Shown here one piece after another: positions 18,803 through 28,786 of a stretch of DNA of 64,000 nt. Below the pieces are notes generated by a model that worked only from the letters and a program-made list of their open reading frames with translations, was not told where the DNA came from and made no database searches. The stretch spans positions 64,001 through 128,000 of the forward strand of contig JBHJGN010000004.1 in assembly GCA_050331735.1 (NCBI GenBank). Direction: 5' to 3'. A program made the translations under genes and the position numbers. How positions within the stretch are numbered: position 1 is the first letter of the stretch; each line of letters opens with the position of its first letter. Source of the DNA: Cyanophyceae cyanobacterium. Its GTDB lineage: Bacteria > Cyanobacteriota > Cyanobacteriia > Cyanobacteriales > JBHJGN01.

Positions 18803-20494
18803 ATGAGCCGCCCCCCACTCGAGACCCCCCCCACTCGCCGTCATCAACGACTGATAGTTAAGGCGGCTTTCTGGCTAATAGCAATAGCCCTCGGGTTTCT
18901 ACAGGCTTGGAATAGCCGCTATAGCTTGTCCACAGGAGATGCCGTTTCTTACCTCGATCTTGGCAAAGCGTATCTTCAAGGAGATTGGGATGCGGCGGTG
19001 ACTTCCTATTTTGCTCCTCTGTACCCAATCTTTTTGGCTAGCTTTCAGGCGCTCCTCAGTCCTTCGAGCTTCTGGGAATTTTTTGTTGTCAAACTGACTA
19101 ACCTATTTATTTTGGCACTTAGTCTTGTTTGTTTTGATAGATTTCTCCACGAATTTATTATTTACTACAACAGTCACCGAACAACTGACAAAGAGCGTTG
19201 GCTCATTCCATCGTGGCTTTGGATAGTCGCTGGCTACATTTTATTTATTTGGTCAGCGACTCAATGGATAGGCGTTGATACCGATAGTCCCGATTTGTTG
19301 ATGTCGGCAACAATCTATCTAGCGATGGCCATTGTGCTCAGGATTAGCCGCTCTGAGCAGTGGACCAGTTTTATTTTGTTAGGGGTCGTGTTAGGACTTG
19401 GGTACTTAACTAAATCCTTTATGTTTCCAATGGCGTTTATTTTTTTGGGAGTTTCCTTCTTTTCAACTCAGAAAAATTTCCGGTCAGCGGCTAAAATTGC
19501 CGTGGCTTTTTTGGCTTTTGTCACGATCTCGTGCCCCTATATTTACGCCATTTCCTCTTTTGAAGGCGAGTTCACTTTTGGATCAAGTGGGCAGTTGAAC
19601 TACGCTTGGAACGTCAGTCCTGGAGGAATACACAATCATTATTGGCAAGGAGAACCGGCAGGAAGTGGGATACCAAAGCATCCAATTAGACAGGTTTTCG
19701 ATCAGCCGACGGTTTACGAATTTGGAGAACCGATTGGGGGAACGTATCCACCTTGGCACAATCCTGCTTACTGGAACGCTGGTTTGCAGACCACGTTTAA
19801 CTTGAGGAAGCAAATACACGTTCTCTGGGTCCACGCGCTAGAGTATTACCGCATCTTTTTTGGGGTTTTACTGTTTGGGTATTTGATTTTTGTGGCGGTA
19901 ACCGATAGTTGGAACGTTGCCGTCAAAAACTTGCTCAGAAACTGGATACTGCTTATTCCAGCTTGTGCTGGCTTAGGAAGCTTTATGTTAGTGCACGTCA
20001 GGGCAAGATACAGTGCTGCCCTCATTGTTATTTTGTTTGCGGCATTTTTTGGCAGCGTTTATCCTCCTAACGTCAAAGCCGTAAAACGCTTTACTGTTAC
20101 TGCTGTGCTGAGCATGACGCTACTGATTTGGCCTCAATTTGCTACCGCAGCAAAGAGTGCAGGAGAACCGCTTCAGTGGAAAATTGCCAACGGACTAAAT
20201 CAGCTAGGAATCGAGTCTGGAGAGCGAGTCGCTATTCTCGGTGGCTATAAGGTTGGCAGCAATTACTACTGGGCAAAACTAGCAGATCTCAAAATTGTGG
20301 CGGAAATTCCTAGCATCGAGGAGTTTTGGGAGGCGGATGACGCTACTCGCCAGAGAGTTTACGATACGTTAACAAGGACTGGAGCAAAAATTCTTGTTCA
20401 AGAACCCGGACAAGATTCCCCTCTCAAGTATTTGGAGACAGATGACTGGCAGAAAATTGACAATACGAAGTCCTATGTCCGTTTTTTACGGTGA
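18803..20494 (+). CDS. Polytopic membrane protein, probable GT-C (ArnT/PMT-like) glycosyltransferase
   Basis: Many TM segments; acidic first loop GDAVSYLDLG; PLYP, PDLL, LGLGYLTKS. Confidence 0.55.
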   Translation: MSRPPLETPPTRRHQRLIVKAAFWLIAIALGFLQAWNSRYSLSTGDAVSYLDLGKAYLQGDWDAAVTSYFAPLYPIFLASFQALLSPSSFWEFFVVKLTNLFILALSLVCFDRFLHEFIIYYNSHRTTDKERWLIPSWLWIVAGYILFIWSATQWIGVDTDSPDLLMSATIYLAMAIVLRISRSEQWTSFILLGVVLGLGYLTKSFMFPMAFIFLGVSFFSTQKNFRSAAKIAVAFLAFVTISCPYIYAISSFEGEFTFGSSGQLNYAWNVSPGGIHNHYWQGEPAGSGIPKHPIRQVFDQPTVYEFGEPIGGTYPPWHNPAYWNAGLQTTFNLRKQIHVLWVHALEYYRIFFGVLLFGYLIFVAVTDSWNVAVKNLLRNWILLIPACAGLGSFMLVHVRARYSAALIVILFAAFFGSVYPPNVKAVKRFTVTAVLSMTLLIWPQFATAAKSAGEPLQWKIANGLNQLGIESGERVAILGGYKVGSNYYWAKLADLKIVAEIPSIEEFWEADDATRQRVYDTLTRTGAKILVQEPGQDSPLKYLETDDWQKIDNTKSYVRFLR

Positions 20495-20704
20495 GCTGAA
20501 ATTGAGCTTGCTCAAAGCAGCCGCCGGAAGAGGTTACGGCGGAACTTTGAGCGACAAGACAAATTAAAAAAGTAACAAGTTGCAGGTGATTGCTTACTCC
20601 ACGGTCAACAATTATTCTCTACAGAATATATCAGGAAAACCACTTAAGACTAAATTGGCGCATACTTTACCTCAATTAGTTAAAGCTAGGAAATGGAAAC
20701 TTAG

Positions 20705-22186
20705 ATGCTATTTAACTCCTACATATTTATTTTCTGCTTTTTGCCAATTACGTTAACCATCTTTTTTTGTCTAGCTCGATTTCGCCAGCTTCAGGCTGCT
20801 AAAGTGTGGTTAACTATAAGTTCCTTATTCTTCTACGGCTATTGGAATATTAGCTATTTACCGCTGCTAGTAGGATCGATTATTTTTAATCATCAAATCG
20901 GTCACAGAATTGCTTTGACTAAACCAGAAAGTCGTCAAGCAAAAGCATTGCTGTGGATAGGAATTTGCGTTAATTTAGCCGCGATCGCCTACTACAAATA
21001 CGCTAACTTTTTTCTCACTTCCGTCAACGTCGTTGCGAACACTCGCCTAGCTTTACCAACAATTATTCTCCCGCTGGCAATTTCCTTCTACACCTTTACT
21101 CAAATTGCTTATTTGGTAGATGCCTATCGAGGCGAAACCAAAACGGCCAACTACGACCTCCTTACCTATAGCTTATTTGTGGTCTTTTTCCCTCAGCTAA
21201 TTGCGGGGCCGATTCTGCGCCATGACGAACTCATCCCGCAGTTTCGTCAACTACGAAATTTTATTTTTTCCCATAAAAATTTTGCTCTCGGACTCACTTT
21301 ATTTAGCTTGGGCCTAGCTAAAAAAGTACTGATCGCCGATATTCTATCGCCTTGGGTAGCTCTCGTTTTCGATCATGCAGAAGCCGTGACTTTTATTGAA
21401 GCCTGGGTAGGCGCTTTTAGCTATACTTTTCAGCTTTATTTTGACTTTTCTGGCTACTCAGACATGGCAATCGGCTTAGGGTTAATCTTTAATATTCATC
21501 TGCCGATCAATTTCGATTCTCCCTACAAAGCCAGCTCAATTATCGATTTTTGGCGACGCTGGCATATTACGCTCTCCAATTTTTTGCGAGATTACCTGTA
21601 CATTCCTCTTGGAGGAAGTCGCCAAGGAGAACTACGGCGCTACCTCAACCTCTTGACCACCATGCTACTAGGAGGACTTTGGCACGGTGCTGGCTGGACG
21701 TTTGTTATTTGGGGAGGACTGCATGGCGTTTATCTCTCGCTCAATCACTGGTGGCGCAAGCAAAAGATTCCGCTCCCGAACCTGCTCGGATGGGCGATTA
21801 CATTTGGGGCTGTTATGGTGAGCTGGGTATTATTTCGCGCGTACAGTCTGCAAGAGGGGGTAGCAATTTTACTGGCAATGTTTGGAGCGAAGGGAGTTGT
21901 GTTGCCTGGAGAACCTAGCGGGAAGCTTGCCTTTCTGACCCTATTTGGCGTTCGGCTTCAGCGATGGGCAGAACTAAACTATCTGCCCACGTTATATGAT
22001 AGTAAAGCTTTGGGTATGCTAGCCCTAGCCACGTTGACGGGGTGCGTAACGCTATTGCCCAATACTCAGCAAATTCTGCAAAAGCTGAAGCCAACATGGT
22101 GGTGGGCGTTAGGAATTGGAGCGATCGCTGGGTGTAGCTTACTCTCTCTCAACCGCGTGTCTGAGTTTCTCTATTTCCAGTTTTAA
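20705..22186 (+). CDS. MBOAT O-acyltransferase (AlgI-like) 2
   Basis: MLFNSYIFIFCFLP, LPLAISFYTFTQIAY, FPQLIAGPI, FWRRWHITLS, GLWHGAGW; ends SEFLYFQF. Confidence 0.95.
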   Translation: MLFNSYIFIFCFLPITLTIFFCLARFRQLQAAKVWLTISSLFFYGYWNISYLPLLVGSIIFNHQIGHRIALTKPESRQAKALLWIGICVNLAAIAYYKYANFFLTSVNVVANTRLALPTIILPLAISFYTFTQIAYLVDAYRGETKTANYDLLTYSLFVVFFPQLIAGPILRHDELIPQFRQLRNFIFSHKNFALGLTLFSLGLAKKVLIADILSPWVALVFDHAEAVTFIEAWVGAFSYTFQLYFDFSGYSDMAIGLGLIFNIHLPINFDSPYKASSIIDFWRRWHITLSNFLRDYLYIPLGGSRQGELRRYLNLLTTMLLGGLWHGAGWTFVIWGGLHGVYLSLNHWWRKQKIPLPNLLGWAITFGAVMVSWVLFRAYSLQEGVAILLAMFGAKGVVLPGEPSGKLAFLTLFGVRLQRWAELNYLPTLYDSKALGMLALATLTGCVTLLPNTQQILQKLKPTWWWALGIGAIAGCSLLSLNRVSEFLYFQF

Positions 22187-22348
22187 GCTCTTTGAAGTAG
22201 CCAGAGGATTTTTCCGGTCGTATCAAAAGGTTACTACCTGACGAGCAATTTTCCCTAGAATATATTTAGTAACTCACGTAAACAGCCTACAAACAGACTA
22301 AAAACTAATATTGGTTATCTTGTTCGCTCCCCAAACAGCAATCGCAAT

Positions 22349-22556
22349 GTAGAAGACGGCTATTTGACCACTTTCGATGGCAGCAAAACCTTGACTGTAA
22401 TTGCCCTAGCTACGAAGGCATCACGCAGTTGGCTAACATCCATTAAAGTCTGCCAAGGTTGAAGCTAACCTAGGGTGGACCTGGGCAGATGAAGCGAGCG
22501 CTTGCGGTCAGTAATTCTCTCTCAACCGCGCGTCTAATCTGTCCTTTTAGTTTTCA
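22349..22556 (+). pseudogene. Decayed copy of the 3' end of the MBOAT 2 gene
   Basis: Aligns by eye to 21968-22186, e.g. TCTCTCTCAACCGCGcGTCT vs TCTCTCTCAACCGCGtGTCT and GCCCTAGCtACG vs GCCCTAGCcACG; contains stops and indels. Confidence 0.75.
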
Positions 22557-22571
22557 ATCCTCTTAAGCAGC

Positions 22572-23744
22572 ATGAGTACATTCTCTAATTCGTTTCGTTC
22601 TCATCAAGCTCCCGTTACTAAAAGGCAGTACCAAAAATTTAATCTTTGGCTGCTGGGAGCTGTGTCTGCTCCCATCGTGTCTATCGGCTTTTTCAATTTT
22701 GTTGTCGATCCCTACGATATTTTTCCCACTCCTGAACTCGGTATTAATCACGCTAAGCCCAAAAAAGGCAACAACGACCGCGTTCATAAAGCCGTTGACG
22801 TTATCCGTCTGCGACCAACAGTTGTCTTCGTTGGCTCATCAAGAACTAAACTCGGCTTAGATCCGAGTCATGCTGTCTGGGAAAACGCTGAAGAAGTTTA
22901 CAATTTGGGACTCAATGGGCCTAATTTTTACGAACAGCTTCGCTACTTAGAGCATGCGATCGCTAATCAAGAGAACCTAGAAGCCGTTGTCGTTGGGCTA
23001 GATTTTTTTGCTTTTAACCAGCACTTAGACAATCAGCCCACTTTCTCCGAGCATCGGTTGGAGAAGCAGCATCTCACCATCCGAGACTTTGTTAACTTTA
23101 CCGCTTCCCTCGATGTCCTGTCTGCGAGCTATGCTACTCTTCAAGAGAGTTTAAAGACTCCTAAGCGAGACGACTACGGCCAGGACGGCTTTACTCCAGA
23201 CCGCTACGAAGGCGACCCGGGATGGAAATTTAGAGAAGGATTAAAGCTATATTTTCAACTGCATGGCAACTATGAGCTATCCGAGAAGTACATGGATAGC
23301 CTCAGAACCCTGGTAGCAATCTGTCAGCAAAAAGAAATTCCGCTCTACCTGTTTATTTCTCCGGCCCATGCAACGCAGTGGGAGGCCATTCGAGCGACCG
23401 GACGCTGGCAGACTTTTGAGCAGTGGAAACGAGAAGTGGCCGCCATTGCTCCGGTTTGGGATTTCTCTGGGTACAGTAGCGTCACGACGGAACCAGTCAA
23501 TAGCCAGAGCAAAAACTATACAGATAACTCCCACTATACGCCTCTTGTTGGAGATTTAGTGCTTAATCGAATGTTTTCGGTAAACGAGCAGTCAGTTCCC
23601 CAAGATTTTGGAGTGTTGCTAACTTCAGAAAATCTTGAGTCTCAGTTAGCACAAATCCGTCAAAACCGCCAAGAATGGGCCAAACAAAATCCTGAAGTCG
23701 TTGAACTCGTCCAGAAACTACAGCAGGAAATTAAACAAGAGTAG
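22572..23744 (+). CDS. Membrane-anchored SGNH-like protein, partner of MBOAT 2
   Basis: N-terminal TM, NFVVDPY, VFVGSSRT, YNLGLNG, WDFSGY, YTDNSHY (DxxH). Confidence 0.72.
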   Translation: MSTFSNSFRSHQAPVTKRQYQKFNLWLLGAVSAPIVSIGFFNFVVDPYDIFPTPELGINHAKPKKGNNDRVHKAVDVIRLRPTVVFVGSSRTKLGLDPSHAVWENAEEVYNLGLNGPNFYEQLRYLEHAIANQENLEAVVVGLDFFAFNQHLDNQPTFSEHRLEKQHLTIRDFVNFTASLDVLSASYATLQESLKTPKRDDYGQDGFTPDRYEGDPGWKFREGLKLYFQLHGNYELSEKYMDSLRTLVAICQQKEIPLYLFISPAHATQWEAIRATGRWQTFEQWKREVAAIAPVWDFSGYSSVTTEPVNSQSKNYTDNSHYTPLVGDLVLNRMFSVNEQSVPQDFGVLLTSENLESQLAQIRQNRQEWAKQNPEVVELVQKLQQEIKQE

Positions 23745-23937
23745 TGGTTGTGAACTCAATGAGGCGAAAAATAACATCCTAGATTTCTGTTGATTGTTGA
23801 TAGTTCATGGTTAAAGGCGTACCTGACGCTTTTTAAAAAAAACCATTCCTCTTGCCGCCTGGTTTCCCTCAATGTGATGAACGCTGGTTACTGCCCAAGA
23901 GACATATTATAGAAAAGAAAGAGCTTCCTCATTCAAC

Positions 23938-24816
23938 ATGGGAACTATTTGGGAACTAGATTTTTATTCGCGCCCGATTCTCGACGAGAATAACAAAAAA
24001 GTGTGGGAAGTCGCGATTTGTGAAAGTCCGCTAGAGATTGGGCGATCGCCCGATTCTTTGTTTCGGTACTCTCAATTTTGCTCCAATAAGACCGTCAATT
24101 CTCTCTGGCTGCGGGAGGCCCTAGAAAAGGCGATGGCGGAAGCTCCCACCCCACCGAAGAAAGTCCGCTTTTTCCGCCGCTCGATGAAGAATATGATTAC
24201 CAAAGCCTGTGAGGATGCTGGCATTGCCGCTGTCCCAAGCCGCCGGACCTATGCCCTGAACCAGTGGCTAGCCCAACGGCAGGAATTTTATGCTCAGCAG
24301 CCGGGATACGACCCGACCGCCGCCACTGCCGCTTCGGTGCAGTACCCCACCGCGAACGCCGTTCCCCTTCCCGATGCAATTCGCGGAGACAAACAAGATC
24401 AATGGGCCTTCGTCAGCTTAGAAGCGGCTGCCTTCTCGGAGATGCCTGAATGGAATATTGCCTTTGGCGAAGCCTTTCCGTTAGCAATGATGGGCGTAAC
24501 AAACGAAACCCGCATTCCCGGACTGATTATCTTTTCCGCGAGAGCTATTCCGCTGGCTGGCTGGATGTCGGGATTAGAAATGGGGTTTATGCGCTTAGAA
24601 GGCGGTTCTCGACCGCAAGTGATTCTAGAAACTGGAGATAGCGATAGCTGGATTTTAGCAAGCGTTACTAATGCTCAAACTCGGGCAGAAGCTGAAGGGT
24701 TTGAACGAGCCAAACGGGGACACGGCGTTCATTTTTTAGCCGTTCAGCAAAGCCCCAACTCCGAAGACTTCGCTGGATTCTGGCTGCTTAAGGGCGAGGG
24801 ACGCGATGAGTGCTGA
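23938..24816 (+). CDS. tab2: Tab2/Atab2 family RNA-binding protein
   Basis: WELDFYSRPILDENNKKVWE...VNSLWL...HFLAVQ...FAGFWLL. Confidence 0.92.
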   Translation: MGTIWELDFYSRPILDENNKKVWEVAICESPLEIGRSPDSLFRYSQFCSNKTVNSLWLREALEKAMAEAPTPPKKVRFFRRSMKNMITKACEDAGIAAVPSRRTYALNQWLAQRQEFYAQQPGYDPTAATAASVQYPTANAVPLPDAIRGDKQDQWAFVSLEAAAFSEMPEWNIAFGEAFPLAMMGVTNETRIPGLIIFSARAIPLAGWMSGLEMGFMRLEGGSRPQVILETGDSDSWILASVTNAQTRAEAEGFERAKRGHGVHFLAVQQSPNSEDFAGFWLLKGEGRDEC

Positions 24817-26092
24817 TTTAGAACAGTTGCTGGAACTGGCCTTCAAAGCCGGGGCAGAGTATGCCGAAGTGTATCAAGTGCGATCACACTCTCGTCCGGT
24901 CTTTTTTGAGTCTAATCGCCTCAAGCAGCTAGAGAGTTCTCGCTCAGAAGGGGTAGCACTGCGGGTGTGGCGCGAGGGCTGTCCTGGGCTAGCGGTGGCC
25001 TATGGGTTGGTAGAACCACGGGCGATCGTTGAAAAAGCGATCGCCCTTTCCGCCCTCAATGCCCCTGAAACCGTTGAGATTGACTCAGGGCGAACTGAAA
25101 TTTATCCAGATACGGGAGAGACAGTTCCCGTGGAAGAGCTGGTCGCTGTGGGCAGTAGTGCGATCGAGCAAATCCGCGATGTCTATCCAGAGAGCGTGTG
25201 TAGTGCCGAACTAGAGTGCGAACAAGAGACAACCATTTTGCTTAACTCTCAGGGACTGCACTGCCAATACACCACCACCTCTCTCAGCTACTTTATCGGG
25301 GCTGAGTGGATAAGAGGAGAGGATTTTCTGGGTGTCTATGATGGAGATTCCGTTCGCGGCCAGCCCGACCCGACTCCAGTGATTCAACATATTTTGCAAC
25401 GCCTCGACTGGGCCAACTCTCAGGCGACTCCTCCAGCAGGACACATTCCGGTGCTTTGGACGACAAATGCCGCTACCATGCTGTGGGAAACGGTTGCTGA
25501 AGCCTTAAGCGGCAAAAGGGTCGGCGAAGGCTCTTCTCCGTGGAGCAACAAACAGGGGCAATTGGTGCTGGATAGTTCTTTAACTCTCTCGCAGCAGCCT
25601 CAACAAGGTTTCGCTCCCTGTCCTTTCGATGATGAAGGCACCCCGACTCACTATTTGACGTTGATTAACCAGGGAAAGCTCGAGCAATTTTATACAGACC
25701 GAACGACAGCCAAGTTCCTCAACACTCACAGTACTGGGAATGGCTTTCGCTCCAGCTTGACGTGCTATCCTACCCCGGAGTTAGTGAATCTCCTCGTTGA
25801 ACCAGGGCAAGGAATGTTGTTGGAGCTAGTCGCCCAGCTCGATGAAGGATTAATTGTCGATCAAATTCTGGGCGGCGGGGCTGATATTTCCGGCAACTTT
25901 TCAGTGAACGTCGATCTTGGCTATCGAGTTCAAAACGGGGAAATTGTTGGCCGCGTTAAAGATACCATGGTGGATGGAAACGTGTACACCGCGCTGAAGC
26001 AGGTAGCACTCTTGGGGAGCGATCGCCGCTGGCAAGGTTCTACCTGCACTCCCTCTGTGCTGGTAGAGGGACTATCGGTAATCAGCGCTTAG
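24806..26092 (+). CDS. TldD/PmbA family protein
   Basis: PVFFESNRLKQLE, PFDDEGTP, STGNGFR, GNFSVNVDLGY; no HExxxH, so PmbA-like. Confidence 0.88.
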   Translation: MSADLEQLLELAFKAGAEYAEVYQVRSHSRPVFFESNRLKQLESSRSEGVALRVWREGCPGLAVAYGLVEPRAIVEKAIALSALNAPETVEIDSGRTEIYPDTGETVPVEELVAVGSSAIEQIRDVYPESVCSAELECEQETTILLNSQGLHCQYTTTSLSYFIGAEWIRGEDFLGVYDGDSVRGQPDPTPVIQHILQRLDWANSQATPPAGHIPVLWTTNAATMLWETVAEALSGKRVGEGSSPWSNKQGQLVLDSSLTLSQQPQQGFAPCPFDDEGTPTHYLTLINQGKLEQFYTDRTTAKFLNTHSTGNGFRSSLTCYPTPELVNLLVEPGQGMLLELVAQLDEGLIVDQILGGGADISGNFSVNVDLGYRVQNGEIVGRVKDTMVDGNVYTALKQVALLGSDRRWQGSTCTPSVLVEGLSVISA

Positions 26093-26300
26093 GCTAAAGT
26101 CATCTAGTGAATTGTCACCAGTAACTCCCCTGAAAGAAACAACCGCTGTTACAATCAGTAACAGAGCCGTTAATCTCAAGCTCAGCTTATCCTTGTTCAA
26201 ATGCTAGTGCTCGCGGAGCATAAGCTTTGTCAATGAGCGAGAAGGCAACAGTCTCTATCTACTTTACCTATTAGTTGAACTGAGGGGTGTAAATTAAAGC

Positions 26301-26663
26301 GTGTTTGTCCTCAGCGGTTATGAATATCTACTCGGCTTTTTACTGGTTACTAGCTTAGTCCCCATTCTAGCTTTGACCGCCTCTAAGCTACTGCGACCGA
26401 GCGGCGGAGGTCCAGAACGAAAAACAACCTATGAATCCGGCATGGAACCCGTTGGCGGTGCTTGGATTCAGTTCAACATCCGCTACTATATGTTCGCTTT
26501 GGTATTTGTGGTTTTTGATGTTGAAACCGTCTTTTTATATCCCTGGGCGGTGGCTTTTAATCAGCTAGGGCTTCTGGCTTTTGTAGAAGCCCTGATCTTC
26601 ATTGCCATTCTGGTCGTTGCCCTGGTATATGCATGGCGTAAGGGCGCTTTGGAATGGTCGTAG
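26301..26663 (+). CDS. ndhC: NDH-1 subunit 3
   Basis: [37 protein letters not shown]. Confidence 0.97.
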   Translation: MFVLSGYEYLLGFLLVTSLVPILALTASKLLRPSGGGPERKTTYESGMEPVGGAWIQFNIRYYMFALVFVVFDVETVFLYPWAVAFNQLGLLAFVEALIFIAILVVALVYAWRKGALEWS

Positions 26664-26774
26664 GTAGCCGGATCACGGCAACAAACCTTGCCCTGTAGGG
26701 CGTTAATAACAGCAACATTGCCCGGCCTATAGGCTGAACAATTAAGGAATCCTGAAACTGAAACTCTATTAAGT

Positions 26775-27521
26775 ATGAACACCAATACAGCCAATCCTGC
26801 TGACCTTGAGCAGCAAGAGAAAATTCTTAATCCCATCAGTCGGACCCAAGTTACTCAAGACTTATCAGAAAACGTTATTCTCACTACGGTTGACGATCTG
26901 TACAACTGGGCCAGGTTATCGAGTCTCTGGCCGATGCTGTACGGAACAGCCTGCTGCTTTATCGAATTTGCCGCCCTGATCGGTTCTCGCTTTGATTTCG
27001 ACCGCTTTGGGTTACTGCCTCGTTCTAGCCCCAGACAGGCTGATTTAATCATCACTGCCGGGACAATCACGATGAAGATGGCTCCAGCGCTGGTGCGGCT
27101 GTATGAAGAAATGCCCGAACCCAAGTACGCGATCGCTATGGGAGCCTGCACCATCACCGGAGGCATGTTCAGCACCGACTCCCCGACGGCAGTGCGAGGC
27201 GTGGATAAGCTTATTCCGGTAGATGTCTACATCCCCGGTTGCCCCCCGCGACCGGAAGCGATTATTGATGCCATTATCAAGCTGCGGAAGAAAATGGCCA
27301 ACGAATCCATTCAGGAACGCACAGCCACCAGACAGCAGACTCACCGCTATTACAGCACGACCCACAATATGAAAGCGGTTCCCGTCATCCACGATGGCAA
27401 GTACCTCCAGGCACAATCGCGGCAGCAGCCTCCCCAGGAACTCAGCGAAGCGATGGGAACACCGATTCCCCCCGCTCTCCAGTCGGCGCAGCAGGAAAAG
27501 GAGGCCGTAAACCGTGGCTGA
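26775..27521 (+). CDS. ndhK: NDH-1 subunit K
   Basis: [35 protein letters not shown]. Confidence 0.97.
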   Translation: MNTNTANPADLEQQEKILNPISRTQVTQDLSENVILTTVDDLYNWARLSSLWPMLYGTACCFIEFAALIGSRFDFDRFGLLPRSSPRQADLIITAGTITMKMAPALVRLYEEMPEPKYAIAMGACTITGGMFSTDSPTAVRGVDKLIPVDVYIPGCPPRPEAIIDAIIKLRKKMANESIQERTATRQQTHRYYSTTHNMKAVPVIHDGKYLQAQSRQQPPQELSEAMGTPIPPALQSAQQEKEAVNRG

Positions 27522-28050
27522 AGAAACCAAACCAGCATCGCAAGAAGAGCAAGAGCAGGCTTCTGAAATTGTCGAGGCTGGCCCCACTTCCCGCTGGCTG
27601 TCAGAAAATGGCTTTGAAAACGAAGCCATTGAGCCCGACCATCGACAGGTGGAAATGATCAAGGTGGAGCCAGAGTACCTGATTCCCATCGCTACGGCGC
27701 TTTATGCCTACGGCTTCAACTATCTTCAGTGTCAAGGAGCTTTCGATTTAGGACCGGGGAAAGAACTGGTTAGCTTTTATCACCTGACTAAGGTCAGTGA
27801 TGATGCCGACCGTCCTCAAGAAGTCCGGCTGAAGGTATTTTTGCCGCGAGACCATCCAAAAGTTCCGTCCGTATACTGGATTTGGAAATCGGCTGACTGG
27901 CAAGAGCGAGAAAGCTACGATATGTTCGGCATCGTTTACGAAGGTCATCCTAACCTCAAGCGGATTTTGATGCCGGAAGATTGGACGGGCTGGCCGCTGC
28001 GAAAAGATTATGTATCGCCAGACTTTTACGAGATTCAGGATGCTTACTAA
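27514..28050 (+). CDS. ndhJ: NDH-1 subunit J
   Basis: [30 protein letters not shown]. Confidence 0.97.
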   Translation: MAEETKPASQEEQEQASEIVEAGPTSRWLSENGFENEAIEPDHRQVEMIKVEPEYLIPIATALYAYGFNYLQCQGAFDLGPGKELVSFYHLTKVSDDADRPQEVRLKVFLPRDHPKVPSVYWIWKSADWQERESYDMFGIVYEGHPNLKRILMPEDWTGWPLRKDYVSPDFYEIQDAY

Positions 28051-28091
28051 ACGTTTGGCCAGCTAAATTAGGTTAAACACTGAAAGTCTGC

Positions 28092-28124
28092 ACCCGCTTG
28101 GTAACTGAGCGGGTCATTTTATTT
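28092..28124 (+). terminator. Intrinsic terminator after ndhCKJ
   Basis: ACCCGCT...AGCGGGT stem followed by a T-rich tract. Confidence 0.6.
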
Positions 28125-28209
28125 GTCCTCTTCCACGAGTAACGGTGCTTGTTGAAGACGCTTGAGGACGAAAGCTGAGGCTAATTCAAGAAAAGCGGGA
28201 GAAGAAGAC

Positions 28210-28683
28210 ATGGCATCAGAGCAGCGGATGCTAACTCATTTGGAATACCAGGAACAAATTCGGCAAAATATCGCCACCCTAGAAGAAGATTTGCCCACGT
28301 TGTTTGAAAAAGATATCTCGTATGAAATTTACACCCGAGATATCTACTTCAACGACCCGGTTAATACCTTCAAGGGTCAATTTAATTACCGCATTATCTT
28401 CTGGACGTTGAGATTTCACGCCGGGTTGTTTTTTACAGAAATCTATTTCGATCTGCATCGAGTGTATCAGTCCGCTCAGGACACGATTGAAGCTGAATGG
28501 ACGGTGCGCGGTACATTGCGAGTTCCTTGGAAAGCCAAAATCTACTTCGACGGTCACTCAACCTACAAGCTAAACAAAGAGGGGCTCATTTATCAGCATC
28601 TTGATGCGTGGGACCGCAAGCCGGCGGAAATTTTGCGGCAGTTTTTCCGCCCAGGTGCGAGAACAGGGAGCAGTGACCAGTAA
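28210..28683 (+). CDS. DUF2358 (NTF2-like) protein; start uncertain
   Basis: DLPTLFEKDISYEIY...F.DPVN.FKG..NYRIIFWTLRFH...HLDAWD. Confidence 0.85.
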   Translation: MASEQRMLTHLEYQEQIRQNIATLEEDLPTLFEKDISYEIYTRDIYFNDPVNTFKGQFNYRIIFWTLRFHAGLFFTEIYFDLHRVYQSAQDTIEAEWTVRGTLRVPWKAKIYFDGHSTYKLNKEGLIYQHLDAWDRKPAEILRQFFRPGARTGSSDQ

Positions 28684-28786
28684 TCAGTGAGCCAGCCAGG
28701 GAGATTCGTCGGTGATGCTTAGCACTCTATATTGATACGGCGAGCGGCAACTTATTAGAGATAGCTCTTGTCCTGACTAGCAATGA

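Noticed and set aside
26664..26774. Possible riboswitch between ndhC and ndhK
   Set aside because: Only weak stems and no recognisable consensus
27045..27689. 214-aa minus-strand ORF
   Set aside because: Antisense to ndhK/ndhJ
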